Source: Octopus sinensis
Taxonomy: Eukaryota
Assembly (NCBI RefSeq): GCF_006345805.1
Contig: NW_021833208.1
Location: forward strand, 1 to 28,808
Reading direction: 5' to 3'
Length of the DNA stretch: 28,808 nucleotides
The notes under the pieces were generated by a model, which did no database searches, was not told the DNA's origin, and worked only from the letters and a program-made list of their open reading frames with translations. Positions within the stretch are counted from its first letter, which is position 1; every line of letters begins with the position of its first letter. Shown here one piece after another: positions 9,514-21,404 of this stretch. Position numbers and translations under genes: made by a program.

Positions 9514-9967
9514 GCATAATCCTATGAACCCAGAAATTGAAAATAGAGGGTTACCCACTTGCAAACAAATGTGGTAACATATAACAATATTGACCAAGGT
9601 TACCGTGGTCTTTTTCGTAGGCTTTTCTTCCCACGGATAAACCTTACTTGCTTTCCCCTTTACACCATATATCATAACACTGTGATACACGATCCCTATT
9701 GATCGTCCTTTTTTCCTCTTCCCCTTTTTTCTTCTTTTTTCATTTCTCTTTCCTTTTGTTCCTTTTCTTTTCTTTTTTTCTTTTATTCTTTTTTTTTATT
9801 CAGTTTTTTTGTTGTTGTTTTTGTTTCTTTTTCTTCCCTTTTACGATCCCTCTTGATCGAAAACCTACGCCACCCCCTTTTTTTTCCTTTGTTTTTTGTT
9901 CTCTTCATCCCCCAAAAGAAAAGCTCTACCTTGTAACTTGTCCCATCTGTGTGGCCAATAAAGAAAC
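9513..9967 (+). mobile_element. Tx1/L1-like element, copy 2 (more truncated), in tandem with copy 1
   Basis: Matches 8886-9364 outside the poly-T tract, with a 12-bp deletion near the 3' end. TATC repeats flank both sides; the 3' side passes through a short (TC)n first. Confidence 0.9.
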
Positions 9968-9970
9968 TTA

Positions 9971-10050
<80 letters not shown>

Positions 10051-10051
10051 A

Positions 10052-10115
<64 letters not shown>

Positions 10116-10257
10116 GTAGAGGTAAGTAGTCATACATGGTGCAGAGCATAATATGAAGTACATTTATTCGGTCGATAGAGTTAAAGATTTGTGGTGCTAT
10201 GTTTCCCACAATGGTTTAGATGGTCTCAACAGAACTTTTGTTTAAGATTTTAGAACA

Positions 10258-10385
10258 GATGTAGGCATGGCTATACGGTTAAGAAGCTTACTTTGCAGCT
10301 ACATGGTTTTCGTTTTAGTCCCACTGCACGGCCCCTTAGGCAAGGGTCTTCTGCTGTAGCCTTGAGTCGACCAATGGGTTGTACC
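10258..10385 (+). mobile_element. Degenerate SINE head/body
   Basis: GGCATGGCT..GGTTAAGAAGCTT...AGTCCCACTGC...GGCAAG.GTCTTCT resembles 1763-1900. Confidence 0.65.
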
Positions 10386-10520
10386 AAATAATCTTTTATC
10401 TTTACATTTGTTACTACTTAGCGTAAGTTATTTTATGCGTATCGATTTAAACCACTTTTTATACGAGGTGGTATCAAAAGGTTCCCGCACTAATTATGTG
10501 TAATAAAAAAAATTACTTAT

Positions 10521-10752
10521 TTACTCTTTTACTTGTTTCAGTCATTTGACTGTGACCATGCTGGAGTACCACTTTTAGTCGAGCAAATCGACCCCAGGAC
10601 TTATTCTTTAGAAGCCTAGTACTTATTCTATCGGTCTCTTTTGCCGAACCGCTAAGTTACGGGGACGTAAACACACCAGCATCGGTTGTTAAGTGATGTT
10701 TGGGGGACAAACACAGACACGCAGACATACACACTCACATACATGCATATAT

Positions 10753-10783
<31 letters not shown>

Positions 10784-10949
10784 CGACGGGCTTCTTTTTA
10801 AGTTTCCGTCTACCAAACCCACTCACAAGGCTTTGGTCGGCCCGAGGCTTTAGTAGAAGACACTTGCCCAAGGTGCCACGCAGTGGGACTGAACCCGGAA
10901 CCATGTGGCTGGTAAGCAAGCTACTTACCACACAGTCACTCCTACGCCT
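10521..10949 (-). mobile_element. Complete microsatellite-containing tRNA-derived SINE
   Basis: tRNA-like head at the 10949 end, body, internal (TA)n/(TG)n at 10720-10783, tail ending in GTAAAAGA-type repeats. Confidence 0.9.
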
Positions 10950-11218
10950 AACATAATCTCCTTCGAAATAGTCACCTTGTGCAGCAATGTACCGGTTCCA
11001 GCGTTCCTGCTGCTTTTGGAATCTTGCTTGGGAGTTGTTTTCCGTGAGAGAGCTGAAGACCTGCGATTCGTTCTTTATCTTGACAACGGTGTTAAAACGG
11101 CCACTTCTGAGTTGCCTTTTCTTCTTGGAGAAGAGATGGAAATCTGCAGGTACTAAATCTGGCGAATAGTCAGCTGTGGAGGTGATACCATGGTGCATTG
11201 TCGTCGTGAAGAATCCAA

Positions 11219-11670
11219 GGATCTTTTCGGTTTGAACGGCAGTTTTTTAACATAATTTCCACCTAACTAAACACTTTTAAACTTCGTATACTGCAGAATG
11301 TGTTTATAAAACATCTTTTTCTCTTGGCTTTATTGAGAAAATTCTATAGTTTGTAAGATATTTGTCGTTTTTTTTTCTTCAATTTCTGCAATTTCAACCA
11401 ATCAATGACCGTCTATTGAGGTGAAAACATTCTGTGCTGTATGAATATGTCCCTCGTTTAAGAAAGAGATTGGGTTTAATTACATTTGTGAAGAAAAAAA
11501 GATACCCTTCCCCCACCCCTACTCCTAACCCTAACCCTAACTAACCCTAACTCAAATCCTAATCCTAAAACAGATTGAAATGCAATAGATCGATACTGGG
11601 GTCATAATTATGGGTGACAATTTCATATGACACCGCTAGAAAAAAACTGCCGTTCAAACCGAAAAGATCC
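11219..11670. mobile_element. 452-bp MITE with perfect 30-bp TIRs and 8-bp TSD (Merlin-like)
   Basis: GGATCTTTTCGGTTTGAACGGCAGTTTTTT (11219-11248) is the exact reverse complement of 11641-11670. GAATCCAA is duplicated at 11211-11218 and 11671-11678. GG-starting TIRs with an 8-bp TSD fit Merlin; the superfamily call is inference. Confidence 0.9.
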
Positions 11671-12023
11671 GAATCCAATACTTCGCGCTCCACACGTCCG
11701 TTCGCTTTCGCTGAATGTCCTATCTAAAACGCTTAGCTTTCTTGTGGTATGGCTCAGGACTGTTAAATATTTCAAGATGAAAGGCTAGACATCCATCGGA
11801 TAATGTTCTCTATAATGTGTTGTACGAACGTGGACAGGTACCTGCAGTTCCATTTTATATATTTTGTATCTTCGATGGATTAACAGTAAATCTACGTAAT
11901 TTTCCCTTTTTTCTGGCTTCTCAGATAAATTCGTTCGCCTCCCCACCAACCATTTATTTTAATTCGTTTTAAAGTTATTTGAATTAGTGTTTATGCTTTT
12001 CTTTGTAGCTCTATTTTTCTTCT

Positions 12024-12317
12024 GTGGAGGCACATGGCCTAGTGGTTAGAGCAGCGGACTCGCGGGTTCGAATCTCAGGCCGGGCAATATGTGTGTGTTT
12101 ATGAGCGAAACACCTAAGCTCCACGCGGCTCCGGCAGAAGGTCATGGCGAACTTCTTCTGACTCTTCCACCACAACTTTCTCTCACTCTTTCCTCCTGCA
12201 TCTTGCAGCTCACCTGCGACGGACCGGCGTCCCGTCTAGGTGGGGAACCTACACGCCGAGGAAACCGGGAAACCGGCCCTTATGAGCCAGGCATGGCTTG
12301 AGAAGGAACAAACAAAC
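12024..12317 (+). mobile_element. tRNA-derived SINE sharing head/body with 6206-6560 but with a different tail
   Basis: GTGGAGGCACATGGCCTAGTGGTTAG...GGGTTCGAATCTC head; shared AGCTCCACG.GGCTCCGGCAG...CAACTTTCTCTCACTCTTTC body; ends GGAACAAACAAAC. Confidence 0.85.
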
Positions 12318-12764
12318 ACATTTTTCCTCTGCAATTTTTCTTTGTTGTTTTTGAAATTTGAATTAATTTTGCTTCTTTTCAAACATATGACGATGGAGAG
12401 CCATATAAAAAAAATACCCAACACATTTATCTGACACCTCAATATTTATTAAATTCGTTAGAAGTGTTAATTAGCGTCTTTTTGACTTTGTTCGTGTCGT
12501 TGTCTTAGATATTAGAGGATACGGCACGTCCATTATTTCTGTAAAGTCCTATGTCATAGGACTTCGTTGTATTTTTCAATGTGTAGGATAATGCCACCAA
12601 ATCTGAAATCTCCTGCTTTATCACAGTATCTCATTGTAACATCGAAAAGTTCACTCCCTAATTTCTTAACTGAAGAAATTGTTATTCTGGAACCAACATC
12701 TAAGAAGTAACATTCTTCGTTCTTCATTATAGACTAACAATCGCCACTTTATAGATTAAGAAAC

Positions 12765-12791
12765 TACCATATTCGATGGCATAAGACGCAC
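12765..12791 (+). mobile_element. Possible Tc2/pogo-like TIR fragment
   Basis: TACCATATTCGATGGCATAAGACGCAC resembles the recalled TACCGTATTTTTCGGACTATAAGACGCAC-type termini. No partner end found. Confidence 0.35.
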
Positions 12792-12880
12792 TTTTTTTTA
12801 CCTCAAAAAAGAAATTACCCTGGGTTCTATATGCAAAGTTTCTTTAAATATTGGTTTCAAATTTTAGTACAACGCCAGCA

Positions 12881-13489
12881 ATTTTTGGGGGAGGGGTTAA
12901 TTCGATTACATCTACCCCAGTACATAACTGGTAGTAATTTTATGGACATCGAAAGGATGAAAGGCAAAGTAGACCCTGGCGGTATTTGAGCTCAAAAGCG
13001 GCGAGCTGGCAGAAACGTTAGCATGTCGGGCGAAATGCCTAGCAATATTTCGTCTGCCACTACGTTCTGAGTTCAAATTCCGCCGGGGTCGACTTTGCCT
13101 TTCATCCTTTCGGGGTCGATAAATTAAGTACCAGTTACGCACTGGGGTCGATATAATCGACTTAATCCGTTTGTCTGTCCTTGTTTGTCCTCTCTTGTGG
13201 GTAGTAAAGAAATAGGTATTTGTGCTCAGAATGTAATGTCGGAAGAAATGCCGCAAAGTTTTTTGGTCTGCACCATAACGATTCTGGTAGGTCACCATCT
13301 TGAAGTTGCTTTAAATATTACAAGCATTAATTCAATAAAAAATATTTTCTCCTGAATATACGCTGCTGAAACTGCAGTTCGTCTTCTATGCGCGCGCATC
13401 TTTTACACTGGGTGAAACTTAAAACAATGCCAGAAGGTATCCCCGGATGTATGTATGTATGTATGTATGTATGTATGTATGTATGTATG

Positions 13490-13523
<34 letters not shown>

Positions 13524-14545
13524 TGTATGTATGTATGTACGTATGTATGTATGTGTGTATGTATATGTATATATATATATATATATGTATGTATATATAC
13601 ATATGAATATGTATATGTGTGTGTGTGGTTATGTGTGTGTGTGTGTGTATCACGTGACCTGGTCGCAATGTGCTTTGTGTCGTTTCAGCTTTCGGATTAT
13701 GCCATTCCGCTGGATAGGGGAGCAGGCTAACATTTCCCCTGATAGGAAGGCTACTCCAACACAGGGTTACCCATCTACAGCTGAGTGCAATGGAGCAACG
13801 TGAAATGAAGTGGTTTGTTCAAGAATACAACGGGAATCGAAACCATGATCTAGCGATCGCGAGTGCAACAGTCTAACCACTAGGCCACATACTTATTTCT
13901 TTACTTCTCACAAGGGGCTAAACATAGAGGGGACAAACAAGGACAGACAAACGGATTAAGTCGATTACATCGACCCCAGTGCGTAACTTGTACTTATTTA
14001 ATCGACCCCGAAAGGATGAAAGGCAAAGTGGACCTTGGCGGAATTTGAACTCAGAACGTAACGGCAGACGAAATACCGCCTTGTTTGTTCCTTCTATGTT
14101 TAGCCCCCTGTGAGCAATAAAGAAATAGGTATTTCGTTTGCCGCTACGTTCTGGGATCAAATTCTGCCGAGGTTGACTTTGCCTTGCATCCTTTTCGGGG
14201 TTGATTAAATAAGTACCAGTTACGCACTGGGGTCGATGTAATCGACTTAATGCCTTTCTCTGTCCTTGTTTGTCCCCTCTATGTTTAGCCTCCTGTGGGC
14301 AGTGAAGAAATATATATTCTATAAATAAGGTGGCGAGTTGGCAGAGTCGTTAAGGACGCTGGACGAAATGCTTTGTGGTATTTCGGCCTTCGCTACGTTC
14401 TGAGTTCAAATTCCACCGAGGTCAACTTTGCTTTTCTTCGTTTCGGGGTCGATAAATTAAGTACCAGTGAAATTCTGGGGTCAATGTAATCGACTAGTCC
14501 CCTCCACCAAAGCTTCGCGCCTTGTGCCTATAATAGAAAGGATTA
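12881..14545. mobile_element. Cluster of SINE copies in mixed orientation (third family plus one other tRNA-SINE)
   Basis: Family with TTCATCCTTTCGGGGTCGATAAATTAAGTACC core at 12881-12994 (-), 12998-13215 (+), 13894-14077 (-), 14081-14127 (+, tail only), 14128-14312 (+), 14328-14545 (+, different tail). Another tRNA-headed SINE at ~13690-13888 (-). (GTAT)n at 13447-13650. Confidence 0.85.
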
Positions 14546-14574
14546 AATTCTATAAGTGCATGCATCTCCCCCAC

Positions 14575-14585
14575 TTCTATCTATC

Positions 14586-14653
<68 letters not shown>

Positions 14654-14657
14654 CTTT

Positions 14658-14691
<34 letters not shown>

Positions 14692-14977
14692 CTATCTAAC
14701 TATCTATATGTCGGTCTATCTGTCTGTCTGTCTTATATGTATCTATCTAATACATATAAACACGTTCACACAAACAGATATAGGCATTCACATGCATGTA
14801 TATATTCGAACGTATGTTTATAGTACCTCGATATGCTTGAGAAATGTAGTCTGTGAGAAATGCCGCTATTACTGCATGTGCCTGCACCTATGTATATATT
14901 GGTACGTATGTATGTATGTATGTATGTATGTATGTATGTATGTATGTATGTATATATATATATATATATGTGTGGGT

Positions 14978-15015
<38 letters not shown>

Positions 15016-15557
15016 CATGTTTCTATGTGCTGAGTAATATTTCACCCCCATACCTTAGGTTTCATACAACACACATCAGTCGGAAATGACTATAATCTTC
15101 AGTTAGTAATGGAACGCACCACCATTAACGCCATGTTTCCATGTATGTGTGTATGTATGTATGCATGTATGTATGTATGTATGTATGTATGTATGTATGG
15201 ATGTCTTTGCGCCTGTTTATATGCATGTACATATATATATATATTCTGATGTGTATGTTTATATATATGTGTGTGTGCATATACATATGTGTATATATGT
15301 GTGTATATGTATATACATATGTGTATATATATATATATATGCATGTTATGTGCATCTGTATATGACTTGTATTTATATATAAATATATATGAATATATAT
15401 ATATATATATATAATGCATATATAATTATATTACACATGGTCGATATATATATGTATATATATATGTATATATATATAATGATTATATATATATATGTAT
15501 ATATATATATGTATATATATTCTATAAATATATAATATATATAATATATATATATAT

Positions 15558-15590
<33 letters not shown>

Positions 15591-16054
15591 GCGGAGTTAT
15601 AAGCATAAATACATGCATATATGTATGTGTGTGTCTCTGTGTATGTTTGAGTATATCTTATATATGTGGTGTGTATATATATATGTATAATAATATATAT
15701 AAAGCATAGATATATAAATGCATATGTATATAATAGCATATACATAGATATACATACACACGTACATATATTCTATACATAAATACGCGTATGTGCGTAT
15801 AGATATTAATATATATACATATGTGTATATATACATATATATATATACAAATATTAATACGAACGTACATACACATATACACATGCACACATATATACAT
15901 ACATACAAATATATATATGCCAAAATTTGTAGTCTGTATATATGTATCTATGTATGCGTGTATTCTATGCTTTAAAGTATATATATGCATATATATATAT
16001 GTATATATATATATATAAGAAACCTTTACATATATAAATAACGTGAAATATATG

Positions 16055-16100
<46 letters not shown>
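14575..16100. repeat. Extended compound microsatellite region: (TATC)n, (GTAT)n, (TG)n, (TA)n
   Basis: Directly visible, with short unique spacers. Confidence 0.9.
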
Positions 16101-16103
<3 letters not shown>

Positions 16104-16369
16104 TCTCGGCGAAAAATTTTCTGAAGTGATTTTGTTGATTGTGTGAAAAGAAAACCGTGACAATGACCTGAGAATGCGAGGAGAAAGGAAGAATTTGGAA
16201 TGGTCTCTTAAGATGCTGAGGAATGCTATTATGTATTGGATCGATAGTTCTAGAGATGTGAAGAGTTCCTTAAGGAGGTGACGGCGGCGGCGGCGAACGG
16301 TGCGGGAGAGCGGGCAGAGAGGGGAGGTAAGCATGTTGGTATTTAAATAGAGCAAAATAGAATGATCGA

Positions 16370-16620
16370 GATTGAGAGAGAGAGAGAGAAAAAGAGGGAG
16401 AGAAAGAGAGAGACAGAGAAAGAGGGTGGATGGAGAAAGTGGGGGTTGTAATGAGGTAGGTAGATAAGGGAATAAGACGATGTAAGTGTGAAGAAGTGGA
16501 GAAAGAGAGAGAGAGAGAGACAGGGTGGGGAGAAGAGTGAGGGAGAAGAGTGAGGGAGAAGAGTGAGGGAGAAAGTGTACGAGAGGTAGGGGGATGAATG
16601 GGGTGCGGGTAGCAGCAGAA
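16370..16620. repeat. Polypurine (GA-rich) low-complexity tract
   Basis: Includes three GGAGAAGAGTGAG-like units around 16528-16570. Confidence 0.85.
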
Positions 16621-17409
16621 GTGGTGTGGGGGTGGGGGGACGGCATTTAATGAATTACCGCGACAAAACGCATCGATATTTCTAGAAAGATAATGGGTGT
16701 ATTGAAAAACGTCAGACATCAATATATTTCTAGAGAGATAATGAACTACGGCAAGAGGTGGAAGAGAAAGAAGAGGAGAAAGAGAGAACGGTTTGGAAAA
16801 TGGTGGTTGTGGTGACGGTAGTGGTGGTGGTGAAGGTAAGGGACGGGCGGGGGGTAAGAGGAGAAAGAAAAGAAGGAAGGAAGAAAGACTAAGAGGGAAG
16901 AAGACTTCGATATTAAATATAATTTTGGCCTACAGAAAATGGCTCCATCACAAGCAGGAATTAATTTGATAATGTACTTGGTATCTTCCAAAGGATCTCT
17001 CTTCAACGTCGGTCGAATTTTCTGCTGAAAGATAGAATATTTGGGGGCAATGGAAGAAAGTGGAGGAAGTCAGCCGTTTTTGTCATCTCCATATCCTCTT
17101 TTATAGATAGCTTTGCATGGAGCTAAAAACACCCATTCATAACTAGTCGGGATAATAAATTTTCCCAGTGAAAATCAAAGGCAGATAACGCTTTCTTCTT
17201 GATTCGCTTGCTCGCTCTTTCAGGGCGGTGTCATGGCGGCTAACAACGAACGCTATTCTCCCGCCAAGGAAATATCCTTCTCCTCCCCCTCCTTCTGCTT
17301 GCCTCTCTGCCTCCCCCTCTCCCTTACTGCCCTTGCTGCCTCGTCTCTATCTTTCCTCTCTCGCTCATTTTTACATTAAACACACACACATATACACACA
17401 CATAAGTGT

Positions 17410-17453
<44 letters not shown>

Positions 17454-17789
17454 TTATACACACACAGACACACATACACATCAATGTCTCTTTCTTCATC
17501 TCTCCTTCTCTGTTTCTCCTTTTCTCTTTCCCTCCCTCTCTCTCTTCATTCTCAAGTTTTCTTCTCCATTCTCTCAGTATAGATCGTACTCTATCGCACA
17601 CGCTCGCTTTTTCTCGTACTTTTTCACTTTTCTCCGTACTCTCCCCCTTTCTCCTGCACTCTCTCACTCTTTCTCGCCTTTTCTCGCTCTCTCACTTACC
17701 AGTTTGCTTTCATTCTTTTTCTTTATTTTCCTTCTATTTTAAATACATCCTATTTTATTTTATTTTATTTTACTTTCTTACTCTTATTT

Positions 17790-17849
17790 TTATTTTATCT
17801 TTATTATTATTATTCTTACACATATTTATTCTTATTCTTATTTTTATTA

Positions 17850-17895
<46 letters not shown>

Positions 17896-17921
17896 TATTA
17901 TTATTATTATTATCATTATTA

Positions 17922-17956
<35 letters not shown>

Positions 17957-17961
17957 TATTA

Positions 17962-17992
<31 letters not shown>

Positions 17993-18015
17993 CATCATCG
18001 TCATCATCATCATCA

Positions 18016-18080
<65 letters not shown>
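17790..18080. repeat. (TTA)n/(TCA)n microsatellite
   Basis: Directly visible. Confidence 0.95.
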
Positions 18081-18082
<2 letters not shown>

Positions 18083-18147
18083 GACAATGAAAGAGTGTAG
18101 CTAGGCCGAGTTTTAATTTCCTTACCGAATAATTCTCAGACCAAGTT

Positions 18148-18312
18148 TGTTCAGCACTTCCGGCCGATAGCGAAGCGCCAATCACGCGATCAAAGAGCGA
18201 GGAGTGAACGCTTGGCCGAGTGCAAACGTTGTTACTTTTGAGTTCCATCCCTGGGAAGTAACGAAAGCTTCCATGAATGAAACTATCATTAGAAACCAAA
18301 GCAAAAATGGCG
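18148..18312 (+). promoter_or_regulatory. CpG-rich island with ETS, CCAAT, TCF and YY1-like motifs
   Basis: ACTTCCGG 18156-18163, CCAAT 18178-18182, ATCAAAG 18189-18195, AAAATGGCG 18304-18312. Motif matches only. Confidence 0.3.
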
Positions 18313-18496
18313 AAAAAAAAAAGAAAAAGTAAGAAAAAGAGTAAAAATATAAAGAAAGAAAAAGATAATATTATTAATAGTCGTAACAATAATAGTGGTA
18401 TATATTCATAATATAAAGAGGGTAAATTTACACGGCATTAAAGATAGTCTTGGCCAATATTTACTGTTAACAACAAGGTAGGGTACGAAATATAAT

Positions 18497-18499
<3 letters not shown>

Positions 18500-18571
<72 letters not shown>

Positions 18572-18730
18572 TAATAATAATAATGATAATAATAATAATA
18601 ATAATAATAATGATGACGATGATGATGATGATGATAATAAATAGCAACAATAATAACAATAATGGTGGTGGTGTTGATGATGCGATGGTGATGAGGATAA
18701 TGATGGTGATGGTGATGGTGATGTTAGTAA
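18500..18730. repeat. (AAT)n/(GAT)n microsatellite
   Basis: Directly visible. Confidence 0.95.
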
Positions 18731-19259
18731 TAATAAAGTAAGGACTATAACAACAAGAAAAACAACAAAAGTCGAAAGGAAATGAGGACAAGAAAAAGCA
18801 AAGAAAATGTTCCTTATATTGTCAAAGAAGGGGGGGAGACAAGCAAAAATAATGAATTAATAATAAAAAAAAACAAAAAGAAAGTTAAACAACAAACAAA
18901 CAAGATGCAAATAAAGTATTTATAAACAACAAACAAAGACCTGAAAAAGAATAATAGGAAAGAAAAAAGAGGGGGGAGATAGGAGAGAGGAGAGGGGGAG
19001 GGAGAGAGAGGAGAAAGAAGAAGGTTGTGTGTGGTGGGAGGAGGGATAAATAGTTATAAAAATGTAGCAAAAACAAAAAAACAAAAAAACAAAAAACAAT
19101 AACAATGATAACGATAATAATGATGGAAATAATGATACAACAACAAGAACAAGAACAATAGCAACAAGAAGAAGAAGAAGAAGAAGAAGAAGAAGCAAGG
19201 AGCAATTCTTTCTCAAAGTCGATTCTAATGAACCAATATGATGGAAACAAACAAGAATC

Positions 19260-21200
19260 TGGTGTGATGGCGTTTGGCCTAGGTTAATAATCTCTGGAGA
19301 ACTGAGAGGTGTCGTGGTATGGGAATGGTATGGCGATGCTGTGTGGTGATGTGGTAGAATGGTGGTGTGGTCGGTTGGCTGGTTGGTTGGTTGTTGGTGG
19401 TTATTGGTCGATGGTAGAACGCTGCTGGTGGTGGTGATGGTGGTTGTGGTAGTGACGGTGGTGCTAGCTCTTGGAATGGTATGGTGGTGAGGAAGTCGCT
19501 GGCTGATGTAGGGTGGTCGTGATGGTTGTAGAGATGCTGTGATGGTTGTGTTGGTGTTGGTGTTGGTGTAGTGGTAGTGTGATGGTATGGAGGATTGGTG
19601 GTTGTAGAAGTGTTGATGTATAGGAGTGGTAGTTAATGAAGGTGGTAGTGGTGGTGGTGGTTGTGGTAGTGACGGTGGTGCTAGCTGTTGGAATGGTATG
19701 GTGGTGATGAAGTCGTTGGCTAATGAGGTGAATGTAGGGTGGTCGTGGTGGTTGTAGAGATGCTGTGATGGTGTTAGTGCTGGTGTAGTGGTAGTGTGAT
19801 GGTATGGAGGATTGGTGGTTGTAGAGGTGGTAGTTATAGGAGTGGTAGTTAGTGAAGGTGGTAGTGGTGGTGGTGGTGGTAAAAGTATAATGAAATTTTG
19901 GAGTGGTGGCTGTGGTAAATGTTGATGGTATGATCGAAGTGGTATTGAGGAATGACAAGATAGAGGTATTCTAGTGATATGAATGGTTGTTCGTGGTATG
20001 GTGGTGTTATTGTGACGCTAATAGGATGGAGTGTGGGGTTGTTAGTGGTATGGGGTTGGGGTAATGTAGGCGTAATGGAGATGATGGTGACGTGTGATGG
20101 TATTGGTGGTGGCCAATGTTGGTATCTAATTGTGGTGATGGCGGTGCTATGGTATTGAATACTGTGCCAAGAGGTGGTAGTGGTGATGGTGGTAGCGATG
20201 GTGGTGGCGATGGTAATGGTGATATCGGTGGAGATGGTGGCAACTGACGGTCATGATGAGTGGTATGCTCGTGGTATAGTGGTCTGGTGATGGTAGATTA
20301 ATGGTTGAGGTGCAATGACGTAGAAGATGATTGGTGGTAGTGTTAATGGTTGAAGTAATGGTTAGCTTGATAGAAATGGTATTATGATGGTGTTTGGAGG
20401 CGATGCAGGGTGGACTGGAAATGACAGTCGATGGAGGTATAGTGGTATGGCTGATGGTTATTGTTGATGGTGGAGATGGTGATGGTGGTTGGGGTGGTGG
20501 CAGTGGTGGGGTAAACTACCAGCATGACAAGTGGTAGCAGTGTTAGAGATGAAGGTTGCATGGACAGTGGTTGATGATGGAAAGCAGTGGTGGTCGTGGT
20601 TGGATAGAGACGTGTTGACATTAAATGTCAAGACCTATATTGCAGAGACGTAATGGCGTGGTAGAGAGACGGGATGGTGGTGGTAGTGGGGAGTGTGGAG
20701 CAGTGGTAGTTGTGGCAAGTGGTAGTGGTGGCGAGTGGTAACGGCATGTGGTGGTGGCGGTGGTAGTAGTGGTGGATGTGGTAGGTGGTGATAGCGGTGG
20801 TGGTGGTGGAAGTGGTGGTTATGGTTATGGTTGTGAAGGCAGTTGCGGTGGCGGTGATGGTGGTGGTGGTCGTGGAAGTGATGATAGTAGTGGTGGTCGT
20901 GGTGGTGGCTGTGGTGGTTGTGGAAGTAGTGGTAGTGGTTGCGGTAGTAGTAAATAGTGATGGTTATTGTGGTGGTGGTGGTGGTAGTGGTGGTTATGGT
21001 TATGGTTGTGAAGGAGGTTGCGGTGGTGGGTGTGGTGATGGTGGTGGTGGTAGTGGAAGTAATGATGGTAGTGGTGGTTGTGGTGGCTGTGGTGGTGGTT
21101 GCGGTAGTAGTAAATGGTGATAATTATTGTGGTGGTGGTGGTTATGGGTAGTTATGGTTGTGGTGTTGGTGATGGTAGTGGTGGTGATAGTGAGTGGTAG
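19260..21200. repeat. Degenerate (GGT)n-rich region with higher-order tandem duplications
   Basis: ~217-bp dimer (19444 vs 19661) and a 160-bp period (20941 vs 21101). Confidence 0.85.
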
Positions 21201-21371
21201 GGATGGGGGCAGCGAGGGGTAGAAGCGGTGAGATGGGTGACAATATCCTTTGGCAACTGAAATATATTAAGAAACTTCAGATTATAGAATAATATGAAAT
21301 AATTAATTTCATCGGGGAAAATAAAACCGCTCTCTCCATTTCTCTCACTCATTCTCTCTGTTACTCTCCCT

Positions 21372-21404
<33 letters not shown>

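Larger units (their letters stand above)
10464..11760 (-). mobile_element. Mariner remnant (TIR plus transposase C-terminus) interrupted by a SINE and a MITE
   Basis: TIR-like TA|CGAGGTGGTATCAAAAGGTTCCCG at 10462. Minus-strand DIQRKRTDVWSAKYWILHDDNAP reads through the MITE insertion site, then YSPDLVPADF...RWNRYIAAQGDYFEGD (to ~10950). The segment between the second and third catalytic D is shortened. Confidence 0.85.

Noticed and set aside
12544-12564. Perfect 10-bp-arm palindrome AAGTCCTATG-T-CATAGGACTT resembling hammerhead stem II
   Set aside because: No GAAA or CUGANGA in register on either strand.
13230-13445. Possible host exon in unique sequence
   Set aside because: No recognisable protein motif or convincing splice-site pair in any frame.
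17221-17379. Splice acceptor plus good-Kozak ATG (17233) opening a 48-codon ORF (MAANNERYSPAKEISFSS...)
   Set aside because: Short, runs into pyrimidine low-complexity sequence, no donor and no recognisable domain.
2898-19958. Many ORF-track entries rich in YI/CV/HT/YLSI/poly-I/poly-N/poly-T
   Set aside because: Translations of microsatellites; no coding signal.
20748-21151. Gly/Cys/Ser/Tyr-rich ORFs resembling structural proteins (loricrin- or suckerin-like)
   Set aside because: The repeat period is 160 bp, not a multiple of 3, so the Gly-rich reading changes frame between units and hits stops. It derives from (GGT)n and has no signal peptide.
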